39,452 nt of DNA from a virus (Duplodnaviria; Heunggongvirae; Uroviricota; Caudoviricetes). Both the position numbers and the translations under genes were made by a program. The notes under the pieces are model-generated. The model searched no databases. It worked only from the letters and a program-made list of their open reading frames with translations, and was not told the DNA's origin. Location of the stretch: positions 1-39,452 of IMG/VR virus record IMGVR_UViG_3300021438_000001; one strand, 5' to 3'. Below are positions 32,574 through 39,452 of this stretch, in pieces. Within the stretch, counting starts at the first letter, position 1. Each line of letters opens with the position of its first letter.

Positions 32574-32878
32574 AACAAGCATCGGAATCTATGTCGCCAG
32601 AGATCACCGCAATGATGCAGGCGTACATCGCCGACGCAATGGTGGAGTTTGGAAAGTTCGTTGAGGACATTACCGAGCGCGTCCCTGTCGGCGCTGTCGT
32701 TACCGCCAACCTGACTTCGTTCGTGCAAATGCTTGCAGTCGCCTCGTTCGAGAACGGTCGCACTGCCGCAGAAGCGAAAGAAGCGATGGCCGCTTCAATT
32801 CTCGGCATGCAAGAGTACGTGGACGAAATCTACGTTCGCCTGCAACAGCGCAAAGATGCGCAAGCCCAAGCCAACTAA
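32564..32878 (+). CDS. hypothetical helical protein (paralog A)
   Basis: 104 aa, SD AAGGAG; similar to the next gene. Confidence 0.75.
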   Translation: MSEQQASESMSPEITAMMQAYIADAMVEFGKFVEDITERVPVGAVVTANLTSFVQMLAVASFENGRTAAEAKEAMAASILGMQEYVDEIYVRLQQRKDAQAQAN

Positions 32879-32901
32879 ACAATCAACCCAGGAGAAATCA
32901 A

Positions 32902-33264
32902 ATGGATCAAGCTCAAGCCGCAGCCGCTGAAAAGCTGCAACAGTACCAACTCAATGACGCCCTGATGCAGATTCGCAACACGCTCGGCGGCATGGCTCAA
33001 CAAGGCATTCCTTACGAGGTTGCCACCACCGCGATGATGATCTCGATTGCCGGCGCAATGGCTACGGTCGCTGTCTACAAGGGCATCAGCCACGATGACG
33101 CCCAGAAGCAGCTTGCGGACGGTACGGACAAGATGCGTTCGTACTTGGCCAAGGTCTACACCGAGGTGGAAGCTGAGAAGGCCAAGGTCGATGCTGAGAA
33201 AGCCGACCAGCCTGACTGGATGCACCCCGAGCGTCTGCCTGGCAACGGAAGCGCAGCGCAATGA
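32902..33264 (+). CDS. hypothetical helical protein (paralog B)
   Basis: 120 aa, SD AGGAG; similar to the previous gene. Confidence 0.75.
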   Translation: MDQAQAAAAEKLQQYQLNDALMQIRNTLGGMAQQGIPYEVATTAMMISIAGAMATVAVYKGISHDDAQKQLADGTDKMRSYLAKVYTEVEAEKAKVDAEKADQPDWMHPERLPGNGSAAQ

Positions 33265-34616
33265 ACTCGCTGGAAGTCTTCAACCTGATCGAACAGGTCG
33301 CGGCGACTTCCAGCAAGAACGACAAGATCGCTCTGCTGACAGCCAACCGCGACGACGATTTGCTCAAGAAGGTTCTTGAGTACGCCTACAACCCGTTCAA
33401 GACCTACGGCATTCGCAAGCGCCCAGACACAATTGGCGAGCATGTGGGTTGTGACTTCGATGACGGAACCTTCGAGCTGCTGGACGACCTCATCACTCGC
33501 AAGGTGACAGGCACTCAGGCAATTGAGTTTCTGCGTGGCGAACTGACAGCACTCAGCAAAGAGTCCGCCGAGCTGCTGTGGCGCATCGTCACGAAAGACA
33601 TGCGCGCTGGCTTCAGCGAGTCCACCTGCAACAAGGTGTGGAAGGGCCTCATCCCCGACTTCCCTTACATGCGCTGCACTCTGCCGAAAGACGCCAAGCT
33701 GGACGAGTTCGACTGGGCGCTCGGAGTTCTCTCGCAAGAGAAAGCTGACGGCATGTTTGCCAACCTCGACCATGAGGAAGGTGGCGTGGTGCGCCTGACC
33801 AGCCGTCAAGGTTCTCCCTTCCCGATGGAAGCGTTCGAGCTTCTTGAGAAGGAAGTGAACGACCGTCTCGGCACTGGCCTGCAATACCACGGTGAGCTGC
33901 TCGTCCTGCGTGACGGTCAAGTTCTGCCTCGTGAGATCGGCAACGGCGTTCTGAACAGCGTTCTGAGTGGCGGAACCTTCGCCTCCAACGAGCGCCCCAT
34001 CTACATGATTTGGGACGCGATTCCGCTTCAGTCAGTCGTGACGAAGGGTAAGTACGAGGTGGCTTACATCAAGCGCCTGGCTGCGATCAATCGGATGCTC
34101 AAGCTGAAGGCTGGTGAGTACGTCGCCATGATCGACACCCGTGTCTATCACTCGTTGAGCGATGCCTACGGTCACTACCGTGAGCTGCTGCTCAAGGGCA
34201 AGGAAGGCACGATCATCAAGAACCCTCATGCAATCTGGAAAGACGGAACCAGCAAAGAGCAAGTGAAGCTGAAGCTGGAGTTCGAGGTGGAGCTTGAGGT
34301 GATCGGCTTCGAGGATGGCAAGGGCAAGAACGCTGACACCTTCGGCGCACTTCAATGCCAGTCGTCGTGCGGACAGCTCAAGGTGAACGTTTCCGGCTTC
34401 ACCGACGCCAAGCGTCTGGAGATTCACGAGAACCGTGATGACTGGACTGGCGGCGTCATCACTGTTCGAGCCAACTCGATCATGCGTCCGTCCGAGAGCA
34501 GTGAGTTCCACTCATTGTTCCTGCCTCGCTTCGTTGAGCGCCGTCTGGACAAGACGACCGCTGACGACATGGCCCGCATCGAAGCGCAGCAACAGGCGGC
34601 GATGGAGGCGGCGTGA
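33261..34616 (+). CDS. ATP-dependent DNA ligase
   Basis: 451 aa. Motif I QEKADG (KxDG), YHGEL, GKEGTIIK, WKDGTSKEQVKLK, motif VI SLFLPRFVERRLDK. Confidence 0.95.
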   Translation: MNSLEVFNLIEQVAATSSKNDKIALLTANRDDDLLKKVLEYAYNPFKTYGIRKRPDTIGEHVGCDFDDGTFELLDDLITRKVTGTQAIEFLRGELTALSKESAELLWRIVTKDMRAGFSESTCNKVWKGLIPDFPYMRCTLPKDAKLDEFDWALGVLSQEKADGMFANLDHEEGGVVRLTSRQGSPFPMEAFELLEKEVNDRLGTGLQYHGELLVLRDGQVLPREIGNGVLNSVLSGGTFASNERPIYMIWDAIPLQSVVTKGKYEVAYIKRLAAINRMLKLKAGEYVAMIDTRVYHSLSDAYGHYRELLLKGKEGTIIKNPHAIWKDGTSKEQVKLKLEFEVELEVIGFEDGKGKNADTFGALQCQSSCGQLKVNVSGFTDAKRLEIHENRDDWTGGVITVRANSIMRPSESSEFHSLFLPRFVERRLDKTTADDMARIEAQQQAAMEAA

Positions 34617-34843
34617 ACGACACGGAGTTCAAGCGCATTCAAGCCACCTTTCCCTGGACGGAGCGTGTGATTCCGTCAGGGTTGGGTGGTGTCGTGCAAG
34701 TGATCGACCGCAATGGAGAGGAGGTGCCGTTGTTCACGATGACGGCATTTCTGCACTTCATCACGAAGAAACTCGAACCAAAGGAGAAGCCTGATGCTCA
34801 AAGGCAGACTGACAATCAGCCGCCCGCAGGGACCAACAACTGA
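34613..34843 (+). CDS. hypothetical protein
   Basis: 76 aa, GTGA overlap with the ligase stop. Confidence 0.6.
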   Translation: MNDTEFKRIQATFPWTERVIPSGLGGVVQVIDRNGEEVPLFTMTAFLHFITKKLEPKEKPDAQRQTDNQPPAGTNN

Positions 34844-35246
34844 CGATCACCCCTACGTCAAGATCGCCGTGCGTGACGAGAACAGCCGAATCACGTTCTT
34901 GGAGATTGATGTGCTGGTGGCCGAGTTCGCTCTCGCGCTAACAGGGCTGTCAGAAGTGCCTGTGACGCTGAAGCCAACTCAGCTCGATCTGGTGGGCAAA
35001 CGCAAGCTCATGGAGCCAGCCAAGTTCCACCTCGATGCCGACTATTTGACCAAATACAACCTGTCTACCTACGGCGACCGCCCACGTCTGACGGGTCACA
35101 TGATCGCCGACCCTGAAGGCATCTTTCAGCGCGAAGGCTGGACTCTTGACCTGTATCTCGGCGCTCAATCCTCAGTTGTGCCAGACCAAAAGGGAGGCAT
35201 GCACATCAATACCCGCTACTACACTTTTGTGGAGATCGACAAATGA
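34794..35246 (+). CDS. hypothetical protein
   Basis: 150 aa, SD AAGGAG at about 34780. Confidence 0.7.
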   Translation: MLKGRLTISRPQGPTTDDHPYVKIAVRDENSRITFLEIDVLVAEFALALTGLSEVPVTLKPTQLDLVGKRKLMEPAKFHLDADYLTKYNLSTYGDRPRLTGHMIADPEGIFQREGWTLDLYLGAQSSVVPDQKGGMHINTRYYTFVEIDK

Positions 35247-35905
35247 AAACAATTCTCACTCTCACTGGCCCATCTTGCTCAGGCAAGTCAACGCTGGAGA
35301 GGATGCTCAAGACGGCCGGCTTCGAGAACGTCATCTCCACAACGACGCGACCCAAGCGAGAGGGTGAGATCGACGGCACGTCCTACTACTTCATCGACCG
35401 CGAAGCGTTCAAGGCGAACAAGGCAGGCGGCTGCTACATCGAGACAGTGGAGTTCAACGGCAACCTCTATGGCGTCAGCGCCCAGGAAGTCGAACGTGTC
35501 TTTGCCAAGAGCAAGCCTGTGGTCGTGGTCGTGGAGCCAGAAGGTCTGCGCCAGATTCGTGAGTACGCCGCGAAGAACGGTTGGCGTCACATTGCGGTGT
35601 TCATCAACAACCCGCCTGAAGTGATCGCGCAACGCTTCATGGAGCGGTTCGCTGAAGACCTCATGATGTCCATGAACTCCAAGAAGACCATCGACACCTA
35701 CGCAACCCGCCTGGGCATCATGATGGGCGAAGAATCTACGTGGGCAGATCGTGAAGCGGAGAATGCCGACGTGAACCTCATGTGGTTCAACGAGGAGAAC
35801 TCCGCGATGGTCGTGGATGAGCTGATTCGGCTCACCTACTCACCGGCGCACGCCAGTGGTAACGATGGTGGTAAAAATGCGGCGACCGTCTCGGAACCCG
35901 CATGA
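35243..35905 (+). CDS. guanylate-kinase-like NMP kinase
   Basis: 220 aa. P-loop GPSCSGKST; ISTTTRPKREGEIDGTSYYFI; YIETVEFNGNLYG. Confidence 0.88.
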   Translation: MKTILTLTGPSCSGKSTLERMLKTAGFENVISTTTRPKREGEIDGTSYYFIDREAFKANKAGGCYIETVEFNGNLYGVSAQEVERVFAKSKPVVVVVEPEGLRQIREYAAKNGWRHIAVFINNPPEVIAQRFMERFAEDLMMSMNSKKTIDTYATRLGIMMGEESTWADREAENADVNLMWFNEENSAMVVDELIRLTYSPAHASGNDGGKNAATVSEPA

Positions 35906-35920
35906 ATGCTGGATGTAAGC

Positions 35921-35938
35921 ATCCCTCCGTCTCCGCCA
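35921..35938 (+). other. att core: 18-nt 3' end of a tRNA (probably tRNA-Ser), not a full tRNA gene
   Basis: ATCCCTCCGTCTCCGCCA matches the T-stem 3' side, acceptor stem, G discriminator and CCA of a Ser tRNA (from memory, betaproteobacterial tRNA-Ser(GCT) ends GAATCCCTCCGTCTCCGCCA). No 5' half lies upstream. Confidence 0.75.
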
Positions 35939-35979
35939 GATTGAAGTTTGTCAGCTTCCACTGACTTCCACGCTGGTTC

Positions 35980-36020
35980 AAAAAGCCCCAAGAAATCAAC
36001 AACTTGGGGCTTTTTCTTTT
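35980..36020. terminator. bidirectional Rho-independent terminator
   Basis: AAAAAGCCCCAAG-10nt-CTTGGGGCTTTTT followed by CTTTT. Confidence 0.8.
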
Positions 36021-36142
36021 CCACGACCTTCCGCCAAAGTGCGCCGACCTCCACGCGCACCAGTGGTAACTGCGGGGGTAAGCGCAAGCCCTGACCCCAC
36101 TATACTTACCCGTTACCACTAGAACGGGTTTTCGTTACCACT

Positions 36143-37474
36143 ATGGCTCTGCATGACCTCTCGCAACGAGAGCTGGAAAAACGCCTCAAAGAAGCGCGTG
36201 AGAAGGGTGGCATCACAAAGATCGCCGACGGCTCCAACCTGTACCTCGTCGTGCGACCGACAGGCTCACCATCCTGGCAACTGAAGTACCAGTGGGACGG
36301 TCTTGAGAAGACCTACTCGATTGGCACCTACCCAACGGTCACGCTTTCGTCGGCTCGACAGCTCGCACAAAAGGCGAGGGAGCTGATCCAAGCCGGTCAG
36401 AACCCTGTCGAAGCTCGGCGCAAGGCGCGTGTTCCTACTGAAACTCCGAAGACGGTCGCGCAGATCATCGAGACTTGGTTGGAGATGAACAAGAGCGAGT
36501 GGGGCGAAACCCACTACGACGACTTCGTGCAAGCCAGCAATAAGAATGTTCTACCGTACATCGGTAGTCGATTGGCGCGCTCTATCACACCTGACGACAT
36601 TCGCACCGTACTGGAACGGGTTGAGAAGCGCGGCGCAAATTACATGCTGACCCGTGTGCGTTCCATGTTGCAACGCGCCTTCGAGCTTGCGGTGGATACA
36701 AGTAAGCTGGAAGTGAACCCTGTCATGCGTGTCAAGCGAGCCACATTTGCCGCGCATAAGGACGGGCATCACCCCGCTATTGTGGAGCCGGCAGCACTTA
36801 GCGTTTTGCTCAAGAAGCTGGACGAAGAAGAGTCCACGCTGCCGATCATCGCGCTCAGATTGAATGCCTTGGTATTCGTGCGTCCGCAGAACTTGCGGTT
36901 TGCCACATGGGACCAGTTCGATCTTGATGCGGCGACCTGGCTCGTGCCAGACGATCAGATGAAGATGGATCGTGCGTTCTTGGTGCCGCTTGCCAAGCAG
37001 ACCGTGGCATTGCTCAAGAACCTGCGGACGATCACAAAAGAAGGCCCCATGCTATTCCCTAGCCCAGTCAAGCTAGGTAACAGCTATGGCGATACAACCT
37101 TCATGAAGAACCTTCATCGTCTCGGGTACAAGGGTATCCACTCAACGCACGGCTTCAGAACAACGGCAAAGACGCTGTTGGAGGAAGGCGGCTTCGACAG
37201 CAAGTACACAGAGAAGCAACTGGCCCACGAAGAGCCAAACAAGGTCAAGCGAGCCTACAACCGCGCTGAATACTGGCACGAGCGCGTCAGGATGATGCAG
37301 GCTTGGGCCGACTACATTGATGCGCTGAGGACGTTGCGTCCGCAAGAGTCTGCACCGCTTCCGTGGACATGGTTCGCAGATTGGCGCGAAAAGCAATCCA
37401 CGCCTCCAGCTCGGAGCGAAGCCAGCTCGACGCTCGACCGATCTTCAACGGAGCAGGGAAATCACCCTGCTTGA
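36143..37474 (+). CDS. int: P4-family tyrosine integrase
   Basis: 443 aa. Arm-binding N-domain (KIADGSNLYLVVRPTG..SWQLKY..DG.EKTYSIGTYP.VTLSSAR); catalytic residues in VRPQNL (R), HGFR (H-x-x-R), LAH (H) and AYNR (Y). Confidence 0.95.
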   Translation: MALHDLSQRELEKRLKEAREKGGITKIADGSNLYLVVRPTGSPSWQLKYQWDGLEKTYSIGTYPTVTLSSARQLAQKARELIQAGQNPVEARRKARVPTETPKTVAQIIETWLEMNKSEWGETHYDDFVQASNKNVLPYIGSRLARSITPDDIRTVLERVEKRGANYMLTRVRSMLQRAFELAVDTSKLEVNPVMRVKRATFAAHKDGHHPAIVEPAALSVLLKKLDEEESTLPIIALRLNALVFVRPQNLRFATWDQFDLDAATWLVPDDQMKMDRAFLVPLAKQTVALLKNLRTITKEGPMLFPSPVKLGNSYGDTTFMKNLHRLGYKGIHSTHGFRTTAKTLLEEGGFDSKYTEKQLAHEEPNKVKRAYNRAEYWHERVRMMQAWADYIDALRTLRPQESAPLPWTWFADWREKQSTPPARSEASSTLDRSSTEQGNHPA

Positions 37475-37544
37475 CCATCGCGTAAATCTTCGACTTCTTT
37501 AGTCCGACCAGTCCCTCAACTTCCGAAAGCCGTAAAAGTTGCAT
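37287..37544 (-). CDS. alpA: AlpA-family excisionase / recombination directionality factor
   Basis: MQLLRLSEVEGLVGLKKSKIYAMVKQGDFPAPLKIGRASSWLRSELEAWI is the classic AlpA pattern. Alternative GTG start at 37553. Confidence 0.88.
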   Translation of the reverse strand: MQLLRLSEVEGLVGLKKSKIYAMVKQGDFPAPLKIGRASSWLRSELEAWIAFRANLRTMSTEAVQTLADATSSAHQCSRPKPASS

Positions 37545-37556
37545 ACGTAACACCTA

Positions 37557-37579
37557 AGTCATTAGTGACTAGGATTGTA
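37557..37579 (-). promoter_or_regulatory. perfect operator and -10 box for alpA
   Basis: AGTCA TTAG TGACT (37557-70); minus-strand TACAAT at 37579-74 lies 3 bp upstream. Confidence 0.8.
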
Positions 37580-37613
37580 CGTACCAAATGGCTTACAAAA
37601 TGGCGTCTGGTGC

Positions 37614-37648
37614 CATCTACCGACCGTTCATCGGTAGATGTACCTTTT
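37614..37648 (+). terminator. hairpin, possible terminator
   Basis: CATCTACCGA-7nt-TCGGTAGATG, then TACCTTTT (U-tract not directly adjacent). Confidence 0.35.
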
Positions 37649-37728
37649 GTCCAACCTAAAAATGTTTCTTGACAATAAGCTTCGCCTGTCAAAATTAAGG
37701 CGCGCACAGGGAGCGTCTATCAGCCATG

Positions 37729-38175
37729 CTACTTCGTCTCATTGTCGGTCTTGAGCGTGTTCACGAAGTCCAAGAACTTCCGGCGATCATCGTCAGTACG
37801 CAGCTTGGGGTTCACCACCTTGGCGGTACGAATCACCTCAATGAACTCAAGTTCGTTGGCGGTAATGATTGGCTGATTCGTGATGGTAGTGATTGCTTCA
37901 AGCAAGTCAGGCATGTACTCGCCGAGAACCATCTTCATGAAGAAGACAGGATCGACTTCGAGTGCCTTCGCAAAACTTCCGATCTTATTGATTGGAACTT
38001 TGGTCTTGCCTTGCTTGATCATTGTGATGACGTTGGGCTTCTCGAACCCAACCTCCTCCGCGATCTCAGTCTGTTTTTTGCCACAGAGGTTGATCTGCCA
38101 AGAGACGTACTCGGCAACGTTCTTGGGTTTGGGACTACCGGCCGGAGTGACCTTTCCTGCTTTGCTCGTAACCAT
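37729..38175 (-). CDS. XRE/Cro-CI-type HTH transcriptional regulator
   Basis: Start reassigned to ATG 38175 (SD AAGGA), 148 aa. KKQTEIAEEVGFEKPNVITMIKQGKTKVPINKIGSFAKALEVDP is an XRE-type HTH. Confidence 0.85.
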   Translation of the reverse strand: MVTSKAGKVTPAGSPKPKNVAEYVSWQINLCGKKQTEIAEEVGFEKPNVITMIKQGKTKVPINKIGSFAKALEVDPVFFMKMVLGEYMPDLLEAITTITNQPIITANELEFIEVIRTAKVVNPKLRTDDDRRKFLDFVNTLKTDNETK

Positions 38176-38238
38176 AACGGTTCCTTGAAGAGTGAAGCCC
38201 AAAGTGCGAGCTGATGGTTCAGTATAGTTCGCGGGATA

Positions 38239-38283
38239 ACTAACGACTGAGTGCAACATATAGGCAACTTGCTTGGAGCGCAA
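38239..38283 (-). promoter_or_regulatory. promoter for the HTH gene with a degenerate operator at the start site
   Basis: Minus strand TTGCGC (38283-78), 17 bp, TATGTT (38260-55); ACTCA GTCG TTAGT (38252-39) is a weak operator match. Confidence 0.45.
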
Positions 38284-38319
38284 GTCGCCTGGGGAGGGGC
38301 GTGATGCTGGTTTAAGATA

Positions 38320-38338
38320 AGCTACGAGTGACTATAAT
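38320..38338 (+). promoter_or_regulatory. operator variant fused to a -10 box
   Basis: AGCTA CGAG TGACT (38320-33) plus TATAAT (38333-38). Confidence 0.65.
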
Positions 38339-38364
38339 CTAATCGTGTCAGAAGGGAAACAACC

Positions 38365-38568
38365 GTGGACAGACTCAAGGCGCTTATGCCTAAAGGAAAG
38401 GTGAAAGAAATCACAGAACAGGCATGCGCAGACATGCTTTCGGAGATGGATGTATCGCAGTCGCTCGATCTGGGCAGCGCACTCATCCACTTAGGACAAC
38501 ATCCTGATCTTGGCGATGTCGGACTGTTTGCGACAGCTTTTGGTAGGGCAGCGTTGTTGGTGATGTGA
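38365..38568 (+). CDS. hypothetical protein
   Basis: 67 aa, GTG start with SD-like GAAGGG, downstream of TATAAT 38333. Confidence 0.55.
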   Translation: MDRLKALMPKGKVKEITEQACADMLSEMDVSQSLDLGSALIHLGQHPDLGDVGLFATAFGRAALLVM

Positions 38569-38681
38569 TTGTGTGGAAAGGAAGGGGCTGCATGCAGCCC
38601 CAACTTCACATTGGAGACGTGCAAGGCAAAGCAATCGAAGGTGTTGCTACTCCTGCATTCATTTTTTACAGTAACGCTATC

Positions 38682-38695
38682 AGTCATGAGTGACT
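38682..38695. promoter_or_regulatory. perfect operator upstream of the CobT-like gene
   Basis: AGTCA TGAG TGACT, directly before SD AAAGGAG. Confidence 0.85.
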
Positions 38696-38708
38696 AAAGG
38701 AGAAGCAA

Positions 38709-39452
38709 TTGAAGAATGATCGAGTTTTTATCCTGCGTGAATCGGTGGTCAAGATCACGCAGATGTTGTCCGGTAAGGGCATTCGCGTGACGCAGCAAGG
38801 CGTCAACGCATACGTCAAGGCTGACCATCGCGGTGTGCCGGTACTGGTGAACCTGCCGTACCTGCCTGACAACGCGACTGAGGAGCTGTGCAACGCCATT
38901 CAAGGCTTCCTCGATCACGAGGTTGCGCACATCCTGTTCACCGAGTTCAACGTCATGTCCGAAGCGATGAAGCATGGCAAGCGCACCGGCTTCCTGCTCA
39001 ACGCTCTCGAAGACCCCCGCATCGAGAAGTGCATGGCGCAACGCTTTCAGGGTTGTGCATACAACCTGTCTACTACTGGCAGGTTCTATCTGGACAAGTT
39101 CGTTCTGCCGCGCATGAAAGAAAAAGCTGCTGCCGGCGATGCGATGGGCGTCATTGAAACACTGATGGTGCCAATGATTCGCGCCATGTCTGGTCAGCAA
39201 GTCTTCCAAGACTTCATGAAAGATCACTGGTCAAAGGTGGAGCCGGTCTACGAAAAGATCAAAGACCTCGCCCCCAAGATCGAAGCCGCAACCTCTACCC
39301 GCGACTGCCTTGACCTGGCTGTCGAGATTGGTAAGCGCATGAGCGAGGGCAGCAAGGGAGGCAAAAGCGAGAGCGAAGACGAATCGGAATCGTCGTCGTC
39401 TGGTGGCGTCGGTGCGAAGGGTAAGGGTAAGTCGAAAGGCTCTAGCAAGTCG
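38709..39452 (+). CDS. CobT-like / VWA-associated protein, N-terminal part (partial, runs off the right edge; absent from the ORF track)
   Basis: TTG 38709 with SD AAAGGAG. Reads MKNDRVFILRESVVKITQMLSGKGIRVTQQG…GFLDHEVAHILFT…NALEDPRIE (HExxH plus ED.RIE), followed by a Ser/Gly/Glu/Lys low-complexity linker. Confidence 0.8.
   Translation, partial: MKNDRVFILRESVVKITQMLSGKGIRVTQQGVNAYVKADHRGVPVLVNLPYLPDNATEELCNAIQGFLDHEVAHILFTEFNVMSEAMKHGKRTGFLLNALEDPRIEKCMAQRFQGCAYNLSTTGRFYLDKFVLPRMKEKAAAGDAMGVIETLMVPMIRAMSGQQVFQDFMKDHWSKVEPVYEKIKDLAPKIEAATSTRDCLDLAVEIGKRMSEGSKGGKSESEDESESSSSGGVGAKGKGKSKGSSKS

Larger units (their letters stand above)
35854..36143. other. attP region: arm-type repeats, tRNA core and IHF site
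   Basis: Paired direct repeats CAGTGGTAAC-2-TGGTGGTAAA (35854-75) and CAGTGGTAAC-2-CGGGGGTAAG (36061-82); inverted copies CGTTACCACTA (36111-21, 36133-43); IHF consensus AATCAA-CAAC-TTG (35994-36006). Confidence 0.8.

Noticed and set aside
35906-35938. Possible complete tRNA gene
   Set aside because: Only the 3' 18 nt match a tRNA. The TTCGA of the T-loop and the 5' half are absent, so it is treated as an att core.
37669-37692. Inverted TTGACA…TGTCAA pair suggesting divergent promoters
   Set aside because: No convincing -10 at 16-18 bp spacing on either strand.
38584-38601. Perfect 18-bp palindrome GGGGCTGCATGCAGCCCC
   Set aside because: Single occurrence, no loop and no U-tract; a function cannot be supported.
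636-38695. Recurrent repeats as a CRISPR array or iterons
   Set aside because: The copies are dispersed singly at promoters, not arrayed with spacers or in helical phase. No cas genes or leader are present.

Overview
The whole window is phage DNA: about 39 kb of a large temperate siphovirus or phage-plasmid, almost all on the + strand. It contains, in order: (1) a lambda-like non-contractile tail module (tube, G/GT chaperones with a -1 frameshift, a 1483-aa tape measure, and M/L/K/I/J); (2) a side-fibre module; (3) a cassette of putative modifying enzymes (2OG-Fe(II) oxygenase, radical SAM/SPASM, a borosin/tetrapyrrole-methylase-like protein and a flavin-dependent halogenase) directly behind a tail fibre that ends in a Cys/Asn-rich peptide (…NCACNCDCNCSC*); (4) a ferritin-like gene and the lysis genes (two holin-like proteins, Rz/Rz1, M15 endolysin); (5) an HTH-metallophosphoesterase, PhoH, and an orphan fibre-tip + chaperone pair; (6) a replication block (Hfq-like protein, DnaB, primase, WGR protein, ATP-dependent ligase, guanylate-kinase-like protein); (7) an intact attP with a tRNA-Ser 3'-end core, a P4-family integrase and an overlapping antisense AlpA gene; (8) an HTH regulator and a partial CobT-like gene. 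From memory, the gene content resembles SSU5/pHCM2-type phage-plasmids; this was not checked by search. A 14-bp palindrome, AGTCA-N4-TGACT, occurs at 19 gene boundaries or promoters across the window. The strongest candidate for a new system is the RiPP-like modification cassette that may act on the Cys-rich C-terminus of a virion tail fibre. All product calls come from motif recognition by eye; no database searches were run.
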